Both the position numbers and the translations under genes were made by a program. Positions 54,236 to 64,000 of a stretch of DNA of 64,000 bases are shown piece by piece. The notes under the pieces are model-generated. The model was not told the DNA's origin. It worked only from the letters and a program-made list of their open reading frames with translations, and ran no database searches. Position 1 is the stretch's first letter. Every line of letters starts with the position of its first letter. The stretch lies in NCBI GenBank assembly GCA_951406725.2, contig OX597820.1:57288001-57352000 (forward strand), written 5' to 3'. Source of the DNA: Octopus vulgaris. Lineage: Eukaryota.

Positions 54236-54928
54236 TTTTTTTTATTTTTATAATTTGTATATATCTATTTTATTATAAATGCAACACAACACCATGGAGG
54301 AGTTGACGTAAGCTTAAATAATAAACCACGATAAGTGAAGCTACAATATGGCAGGGGATTACGCCTGTGTATCTGCATGTGCACGGGCTTTCTCCTTGTC
54401 TTAGCATCATGTGATAATTGCAAATGAGTGTCACTATCATACAACAAGTTTCCTCAAATCTCAAGACTCTTTCTTAGAGATTTGCAGCAAAGTGCAACCC
54501 TGTATTCTGCAAGAATCCTAATATACTTCAGCCTCATAGGGAGTAGATTGGGTGCTGTGCCAAGTGCACCAAGTGTACCCCCAGGACTTATTGCCATCTT
54601 AGTCTTTCTTCCACATTCTCTTCATCTTTCTGGTTAGTTCTTAATATTTCACAATTTTTCCAATTTCTTTGGTGCCATTCTATTATCATATGGTATCACA
54701 AAGTCTATGATCTTACAATGATTGCTTATTATTACTTTTATTATTCATCATCATCATCATCATCATCGTTTAACGTCCGTTCTCCATGCTAGCATGGGTT
54801 GGACGGTTCGACCGGGGATCTGGGAAGCCAGAAGGCTGCACCAGGCTGCAGTCTTATCTGGCAGTGTTTCTACAGCTGGATGCCCTTCCTAACGCCAACC
54901 ACTCCGTTAGTGTAGTTTATTATTATTA

Positions 54929-54975
<47 letters not shown>

Positions 54976-55105
54976 TCAAATTCTGCCACACTCAACTTTC
55001 ATCCTTTCGGGGTCAATAAATTAAGTACCAGTGAAACACTGGGATCAATGTAATCGACTGGTCCTCTCCCCAAAAATTTCAGGCCTTGTGCTTTTAATAG
55101 GAATG

Positions 55106-55150
<45 letters not shown>

Positions 55151-55184
55151 GTTATCATTATTATTATTATTATAATTATTATTA

Positions 55185-55581
55185 TTACCTCCACCAAAGA
55201 AAGTTATGTTTTCATCAGTGTTGGTTTGTTCGTCTGTCCGTCTGTGTGCAAAACAACTTAAAAAGTTGTGAACAGTATTTGATGAAACTTGCAGGAAACG
55301 TTTATAATGATACAAGGAACAGATGAAATTTTGGTAGTGATCCGGGAATTTTTATGGATTCTTGAAGGATTTTTCATTTGTTGTATTTACTTTACATTAA
55401 GTATTAGTTATGTTCTTTGATTATCTCCCTTGAAAACACGTTCATCGTTTCCATGCAACCTATGGTGGCATTGATACTTCCAAATTTCATTTCCATTTCT
55501 CTATTAGTAAATTTATTCGTGTATCTATCTTAAAATTAGCTGCTTGGCAGAGGTCTGTGCTCTCTGAGTGCTTTTCTAGTT
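55185..55581 (+). mobile_element. Helentron/DINE-like non-autonomous rolling-circle element
   Basis: Subterminal inverted repeats ACCTCCACCAA / TTGGCAGAGGT, internal GTCT-like microsatellite, 3' hairpin GCTCTCTGAGT and a CTAG-TT end. Confidence 0.6.
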
Positions 55582-55832
55582 ATTAAGGTGGTGAGCTGGT
55601 AGAATCATTGACATGCCAGACAAAATGTTTGGTATTGTTTCATCTGTCTTTATGTTCTGAGTTCAAATTCTGCTGAGGTTAACTTTGCCATTCATCCTTC
55701 CAGGATCATTTAGATAATTACCAGTCAAGTGCTGGGGTTGATGTAATCACCTAGTTCTTCCCACCAAATGTCAGGATTATTATTCTTGTTTTATTATTAT
55801 TATTATCATTATTATTATTATTATTATTATTC

Positions 55833-56068
55833 AGTAGTTTTATTTCTATAACTTGCTTTCACTTCACTGCCGAGCGCAACTCTGTGTGCCTTGGGTATGT
55901 GCTGTGGTTTGCTGTGGTGCTCTTATAGTTACTGTATTGAAAGTGTTTTTCGTAGGATGTGTGCAGTGCCCAGTAGTACAATTTTCTGTATGTTATATAT
56001 ATTTGTAAGTCCTGGTATTTTTTTATATGTATTTGTCTGAATATTTTTATATCATACCTAATGTGCCA
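55833..56068 (-). mobile_element. R4/Dong-like retrotransposon 3' end in (TTA)n
   Basis: GTLGMI...IPGLTNIYNIQKIVLLGTAHILRKTLSIQ*, with (TTA)n on both sides. Confidence 0.7.
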
Positions 56069-57817
56069 TTATTATTATTATTATTATTATTATTTGTAGA
56101 AATTGCTTAAGAAATGTAACCTTTGTGAAGACAGCAGTAAATTAGATGGTCAGACTGTTGATGTGGTAACCACCTCTGCAACAGCAGCAATATCAGCAAC
56201 AACAGCAACAGCAACAACATCAAACGAAACAACAGCAGCAGCAACAAAAACAGCAGCATCAACACCAGCAGCAGCATCAACTATAACAGAAGTAACAGCA
56301 GCAACAGCAAAAACAGCAGCAGAAATAAAACAACAGCAACAACAACAACAACAACAACAATAACAGCAACAACAACAATAACAGCAACAGCAATAGCAGC
56401 AACAGCAACAATAACAGCAACAGCAACATCAACAGTGATCACCAGATTGTGCTACCAACATTGTACCCAATGCTAAAAGCCACAGCAACTTAAATGTACC
56501 AAAAGCCAATGAAGGAACCTGCAAGAATTAGAAGTCAAATCTTCCTCAAATCAAACCCTACCATCTTAAAAAAAAGAAGGACACATTAGATCATGGAGTC
56601 CAAGTTTCACAATTGCTGATGGCTATAGTTTTGATGCCATTTAGTGACGTGACTGTCTGATCGGAGCTGACCTGTGGGTTAGACAACAACAACAACAGCA
56701 ATCACAACAACAACAAAAATAACAACTACAATAACAATAAAAATATCAGCAGCAGCAGCAGCAGTTACAAGATCTGCAACAGTAACAACAATAGCACTAA
56801 TAGCAAATAAGAAAGGGTGACAACTTTTGAAACAACATGTGCATTATCTGCAATATCAGAAACCATGATGACAATCACAACAGCAACAAGAACAAGCTCA
56901 ACATTAGTAAGCAGCAATAACAACAGCAACAACAACAAGAATAGTGATGACAATAACAACATTATAATGACCAAAGCAGCAATAATATAACAATGTGAGA
57001 AACAGCATTGGCTGGAACATCTGTACTAGGGTGGAGAATCTTTTTCTTGGTGTCAAGATCAAACTGTGTGTGTATTCAAACTGGTTGGAGTACATCAATG
57101 TCAAGAGAAATAATGAATCTTTGATTATACAAATTTATTAGGTTATGCATACAATAACACAACATTAAGAAACATTAATTAAAATGTTAAAAATTATTGA
57201 TTAGTTAGGCAGTGACAATGATTTAAATGCATTTATGGGAAAGGTTTAATGAACTGTTTCTTAAAAAGTTTTAAGCACATAGGTACAAGCATAGCTGTGT
57301 GGTTAAGAAGTTCACTTTGCAACCACACTGTTTCAGGTTCAGTCCTACTACATGGCACCTTGAGCAAGTGTCTTCTTTAATAGCCTTGAGTTAACCAAAG
57401 CCTTTTGAATGACTTTTTAAAAAAATATTTCTTTCCTTCTTTCTTTTCTTTTTCTTTTGAAGTGTTTTGAAATGTGGGTGCAAGCAAAGTTTCGCTTGTG
57501 ATTGCTTGAGCTGCTAAAATAACAGCCAAATTTCCCTCAAGTCAAAAAAACCCCCTACTTTTTTTCAAAGCAATGAAATACATATTTAAATAACATGATC
57601 CCAGATACATTAGGTTAGCAAGACTAGAATGCTATTGATCATAGGTCTACTTGATCAGTGTTGGCCTCGGGCTAAATAGTGCCAGTAACAGCAACATCAT
57701 TTCCAATAATATTTATGACTTTAACAGCAGCAACAGGAACAACAACATAAACAGCAGTGATCACAACTACAACAGAAACAACAACATCACTAAAAACAAT
57801 TGCAATAACATTATAAC

Positions 57818-57904
<87 letters not shown>

Positions 57905-57905
<1 letters not shown>

Positions 57906-58185
57906 GCGGCAAAAGGAAACTCAAAAATGACAGAAATTCAAAAGATAGTGCTAATGGGAACTGCTCATATCCTACGTAAAATACTTTCTATGTAATATCA
58001 AGTTTTAAAACAAACATAATTTTCATATGGTTTCTTAAACATTCACTAGTACAACACTAAGTACAAAACCAAATATATGGCACCCAAGGCATAACACCAA
58101 CACGAACTTCCAACTTGTTGTCTCTTGAAGTCTCTGGTTAAGACTTGGAGCCAACATGTACAAATGTAAAGCAAAAGTCAAACAT
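57905..58185 (+). mobile_element. R4/Dong-like (restriction-like endonuclease) retrotransposon 3' end in (TAA)n
   Basis: EIQKIVLMGTAHILRKILSM*, with (TAA)n on both sides. Confidence 0.7.
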
Positions 58186-58881
58186 ATAATAATAATGATA
58201 ATAATAATAATAATGATAATAATAATAATAATAATAATAGTAACTGGAAGAGCATTATAGCCATATGGCGAGAAGAATTCTTTGGGGTTTGGATAATTCA
58301 CCTTTCGAAACATGGGTGTTTCATTCAAAATCCTTAGACAACCCTTATTCAGGGACCTTTTGAGTGAGATGAGCTACTCAACCTGAAGAAAATTCTAACT
58401 GGGTCCCACCTGCAATGTCATGTGCTGTTTATTTTGATATGAGATCACCATGTAATGCACATATGGTTGTGATGCATGTGCCTGGTGTACCCTTGTCAGA
58501 TGGGTATACTGGGCTTTGTATAATTTACCCCAGTGTCTCTTTGATGGCATGCACTGCTCTCTCACTCAATAATAATAATAATAATGATAATGATAATAGC
58601 TATTTCTTTATTTGTCATGAAAGTGATGAATTAAGAGGTATTGCAAAGCACTTCTATGAGGAACCAGTTGTCTACAAAAGGAACAAAGTGAAACGCATTT
58701 GAACAAAAACAGCCCCCTAGGGCCAGTCGAAAAATCTTACAAATTTCAGTATTAATTAAAACCTCAAGGGCAAGTGCTCACTTCCATTTGTGCTCTCTGG
58801 CCTAAGGGCATATACATAGGGAATTCTTGATGCTTCTCTCTCTCTCTCTCTCGCTCTCTCATTCCCTTTTCATCAAAACTA

Positions 58882-58924
<43 letters not shown>

Positions 58925-58930
58925 GTAATA

Positions 58931-58971
<41 letters not shown>

Positions 58972-59571
58972 TCTGTAATTGGTCACTATGACATTGAGGA
59001 CAACATCAAAGAATGCAATATAGCTCACAAAACAGCAGGAGGTTTACATTGATCAAAAGGGGATTAACAACAATAAGGATATAACAAGAGATCTAGTAAT
59101 AATAATAATAATAAAGATGATAATAATAATAACAACAACAACAACAACAACAGATCAAAGAAACAATAAGATCAAATGCAACAATAATAAGAAAACAAAA
59201 TCATCTTGAAAATCAGTTGCTTAAAAGACAAAGAAATAACACAGTCCAAGGAAGTTCTGATACATACAATGGTAGTATTATATCATATCATACTATCAGA
59301 GACATGCAGCAACAACCTTGAAAATATACTGTTTAAAAAATACTGCAAAAACACATAGAAAACACATAGAAAAACTACAGCACATACATGCATAGATATA
59401 CATACAATTACACTCCCTTCAACAATATTTGCAATGATATAAGCCTTCTAATAGATTGCTTAGACCAATCTAACACACAAACATATGTATACATAAACAT
59501 ATATACATGCACATGCAATAACACAAAAATACACATACACATGCATATATATGCATATATATATGTGTATA

Positions 59572-59606
<35 letters not shown>

Positions 59607-59624
59607 GTTTATATATATATATAT

Positions 59625-59659
<35 letters not shown>

Positions 59660-60054
59660 TTTATATATATATGCATGTATATATATATTTATATGTTTAT
59701 ATGTATATATATATATATATATATACACACACATGCATGTAACAACATGTGCAACAATGAAACGTGAACATAGATTAAAACAAAGAAAAATGCATGAAAC
59801 CATCTATATGCACATACATACACGCACACACAAATACACACATGTGCACACGCGCATGCACACATTCAAGTAAAGACACAAACAGCCACACAAACAAATA
59901 AACATACATTCATACAAACACATGTACATTCACACAAACACACACACATATTCACACAAGCAAACATGCACACACACGATAACAACAGCAACACCAATCA
60001 AAACATCAAGAAACTAAAACAGCATACATGCACATACATGCACATACATGCTAT

Positions 60055-60087
<33 letters not shown>

Positions 60088-60562
60088 GCAAGTACCAACA
60101 CAAAACAGCTACGGACCAAACACACCAGTGCTCAAATGCCATGTACGATATGCAGTGTGAATTAAACTGCAAAAGTTGAACAATTCTACCAGCAAAAACC
60201 ATGTGCATCAGAATAATGCATCCGAACTGCGTGCTGTATGTAACAGAGATATTTTATATTTGGCTGTTCTGAACATCTCCTACACCTCAACAGCAGTTAA
60301 ATAAAATAATATCACAGGAGAATATTATCTTTATTTCAGATGGCGGCTGTTCTCATTATTTTTCATTTCATTTAAAGATATTTTAAAACAAATGAAGTAT
60401 ATTGTCAGTCTTGTTCATGTGTGTGTGTGTTTATGTCTCCCTCTCTTCTTTTATATATATCTTATATATATATATATATATATATATGTATGAATGTATA
60501 TATATATATATATATTTATATATGTATGTATGTATGTATATATATATATATATACATATATA

Positions 60563-63499
60563 CAGAAACGCATCTTGAACCCGATATAGGTGATGCAGAA
60601 ATACACATGCCGCAATATGCAGTCATACGCACAGATAGAAAAGGGAGGAGCCATGGTGGAGTTGCAATGTACATCCGAGATGACCTCACGCCCCAGGTCC
60701 TGCTGTCATATTCAAACTCAGTATGTGAAACTCAAATTGTACACATAAGACAACTGAATATCGTCATATGCACTACATATCGCCCACCAGACGCCCCAAA
60801 ACACTCAGGCATGTTTGAAGACTGCCTAACAAAAATAGGAGAAGTCCTCACCAACCTTGAACAGCACAACAGTGTATTCTTCATGGGTGACTTTAACCTC
60901 CCCAATGTGGAATGGCCTGGGGGGCAGATGCTCCCAGGGATGACACACCATCAGCAGGCACAGGTGGAGTCCCTGCTCCATCTCACAAATACCTCTTTCA
61001 TGGAGCAAATAGTTCTGCAACCAACAAGGGCAGATAATATACTGGATCTCTGCTTTACAAACAATATGGATATTATCCATAATGTTAATGTGATGCCGAC
61101 AATGATCTCGGATCACAACATAATAGAGCTGTCTACGTATGGAACAAAAGCCCCCGCAGACACACAGCCTATACGAAGCACCCACCATCTCTCCAACTTA
61201 AACTTTCATAAAGCCAACTGGAAGTCGATTGAGAAAGAGATCCTCAAACAGGATTGGCCTGAATGTCTCTCCACACCGGACATAAACATGAAACACAAAC
61301 ACTTCATGTCCATAATACAAGCCATATGTGACAAATATGTCCCAATGTGCAGGGCCAGCACACACAAGAATAAAAACAGGATCCCTAGAGAAAGGAGGAT
61401 TCTTATGAGACGACGGACAAGGATTGCAAACCGCCTGAGCAAGCACACCAAAAGTGGTGAGAAGTCTCGGCTCGAAAGAATGCTAATGGAAACTGAGAAA
61501 AGTCTACATCAGTCCCATGAAAAGGAGAGAGCAGATAAAGAAGCTTGGGTAATAGAAAATATAAAATCAAACCCTAAAGCTTTCTTTAAGTTTGCCAAAG
61601 AGACAGCCACAGTGCACCAGAGAATAGGACCTCTCTTCCAAAAAGATGGCTCTTCACAGGAAATCCCACGAGGATAAGTGAAATACTGAACGAACAGTTC
61701 CAAAGTGTATTCACTACACCTCTAGGACACAGGCAAGTAAACAACCCAGAAGAATTCTTTGCCACTTTACCAGCGGCCAAAGAGACAAAAATTGAGTACA
61801 TCAACATCGAAGAAGATGATATCACACTAGCCATTGATGAGATTGACACAAACTCAGCTGCTGGACCTGATGGATTCCCAGCGATCCTTCTCAAATCGTG
61901 CAAACGAGCCCTTGCAAAACCGCTACAGCTTCTTTTTCAGAGCTTTCTTGCAAGTGGTAAGCTCCCAGTCAAACTGAAAGAGGGGGTAATATGCCCTATC
62001 CATAAGGGAGGTAGCAGAGCAGATGCTAAAAATTATAGGCCTATCTCTCTGACCTCACACATCAGCAAAGTCATGGAACGAATAGTCCGTAAGAAACTAA
62101 TCATGTTCCTTGAAGAAAATGACTTACTGTCTGACACCCAGCATGGATTTCGACCAGGTAGAGGCTGCCTAACACAGCTCCTGCAACACTATGACTGGGT
62201 GTTGAAACAGCTACTAAATGGCTCAAATGTGGATGTAATATATCTTGACTTTGCAAAAGCCTTTGATAAAGTCGACCATGGTATGATCTGTCACAAACTG
62301 CGTGGTCTCGGCATAGGCGGGAAACTTGGAGAGTGGCTGCACAACTTCCTAAAAGACAGAAAACAGGCAGTTGTGAGCAATGGAGCCACCTCCAGGGAAA
62401 CGCAAATAACAAGCGGTGTCCCACAGGGCACTGTCTTGGGGCCACTGATGTTCATAGTGGCCCTTTCAGACATGCCTTCAGTTGCTACGATGACCACCCT
62501 TGCTAGCTATGCAGATGACACAAAGGTCTCCCACGCAATACAGAACCCTGAAAATATTGCGCATCTGCAACATGAGCTGGACACAATATACAGGTGGGCT
62601 GAGGACAACAACATGCAGTTTAATGCAGGTAAGTTCCAGGCCCTGCGCTACTGGCACACAAAGGTAAATGACGTGAAGACTGGATACACTGGCCCAGGAA
62701 GAATTGCAATCCCTGAGTCAAAATCAGTGCGTGACCTGGGCATTGACATGAGCAATGATGCATCTTTCCAAATGCATATTGCTAATCTGGTGATAAAATG
62801 CAGACGGCTAGCTGGATGGATTCTCCGAACTTTCAGAACAAGAGAGAAGGAGACACTGATGGTCCTATGGAAAACATTTGTCCTCAGCCGCTTGGACTAC
62901 TGCTCCCAACTTTGGTCACCACACAATATAAAACAAACAGCAGAACTCGAAGCAACTCAGAGAAGCTACACAAAGAAAATCGTCTCAATGCAAAATGTCA
63001 GCTACTGGGAAAGACTGAAGGTATTAAACCTCTTCTCCCTGGAGCGGAGGCGGGAGAGATATGCAGTAATATACATCTGGAAAATCCTGGAGGGTCTTGT
63101 CCCAAACTTTGGCATTCAAAGTTACTCCAACCGCAGAACGGGGCGCCGCTGCGTGGTGCCAAGGATTCCAACATCACCATCAAAATACAGGTCCAGATAC
63201 TGCAACAGCTTGGGTTTCAGAGGACCACAGCTTTTCAACATCCTCCCTAAATGCCTGAGAGACTTACATGGTGTGGATGTGGGTTTCTTTAAAACTAAAC
63301 TGGATCTCTTCTTGTTGGGAGTCCCAGATGAACCTACCTCACGACAGGAGACACGGATGCGGGCAGCAGCATCGAACTCCCTTGTTGATCAAGTGCCACG
63401 TATCAGAGGTGGATTCACAAACTAGTGTGGCTCATTCAGCGGTGGTGCCCCAGCATGGCCGCGGCCTTCGGGCTAAAACATTTTTAAGGATTTAAGGAT
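60563..63499 (+). mobile_element. 5'-truncated CR1/L2-group LINE: APE endonuclease + reverse transcriptase, one frameshift near 61651-61655
   Basis: APE motifs TETHL, GGVAMYIR, YRPP, MGDFN, ILDLCF, SDHN. RT motifs AAGPDG, NYRPISLTS, QHGFR, YLDFAKAFDKV, GVPQGTVLGP, YADD, RDLGI. Stop at 63425, short 3' UTR, TTTAAGGA tail repeats, (TA)n on both sides. Confidence 0.93.
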
Positions 63500-63632
63500 A
63501 TATATGTATGTATGTATATATATATTATATATTTATATATGTATGTATGTATGTATATATATATATATATACATATTATATATATATATGTATGTATATA
63601 TATATTATATATATATATATATATACATATAT

Positions 63633-63671
<39 letters not shown>

Positions 63672-63898
63672 TGTATATATATATGTACATGTATATATAT
63701 ATATATATATATTCACACACATATGCATATATACATACATACATACATACACACACATATATATGTATACGTATATACCTATATATGTACTTATATACAT
63801 ACTTATGCATATGTGTGTGTATGTGTGTGTGTGTGTATGTATGTACATGTGTGCATGTGTGTGGGTGTATCTTGAAACAGATGTATAAAACTTTAAAT

Positions 63899-63942
63899 TT
63901 ATTACGACTGCTAGTTTCACTCTGCAAATCGTCAGAAAATAA
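63899..63942 (-). ncRNA. Hammerhead-like motif, canonical core, weak stem II
   Basis: Minus strand: ttatttt-CTGACGA-tttgcagagt-GAAA-CTAGCAG-TC-gtaataa. Confidence 0.5.
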
Positions 63943-64000
63943 CTTTGACATACCTTCATTCTTTGAATGCTATTATAACAATGAAGAGAATGTTTATTTC

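Noticed and set aside
342-63959. Well over a hundred ORFs rich in YI, CV, HT, poly-V, poly-H, poly-I, poly-S or poly-D
   Set aside because: They are translations of (TA)n, (CA)n, (GGT)n, (CAT)n, (TAA)n and (CT)n microsatellites.

Overview
Repeat-dense, AT-rich eukaryotic DNA. The SINE, RTE and microsatellite content points to an octopus (coleoid cephalopod) genome; this is an inference. Nearly all ORFs in the supplied track are microsatellite artefacts. The only host gene I can support is a + strand, divergent SLC35F6-like nucleotide-sugar transporter. It has four GT-AG exons (13097-13273, 17399-17509, 28634-28789, 47497-47808) and a possible short terminal exon at 50563; its N-terminal exons were not found. 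The rest is mobile DNA: three SINE families, RTE fragments, (TAA)n-flanked R4/Dong-like remnants, hAT, mariner and Helentron-like remnants, and a near-intact CR1/L2-like APE+RT LINE at 60.5-63.5 kb. The main unexplained signal is about 14 type I hammerhead-ribozyme-like motifs in short, mostly (TA)n-associated, Penelope-like non-autonomous elements. Three are foldback elements built around hammerheads, and there are two recurring core variants (UUGAUGA and CUGUNGA). All folds and family assignments were made by eye; no search or folding program was run.
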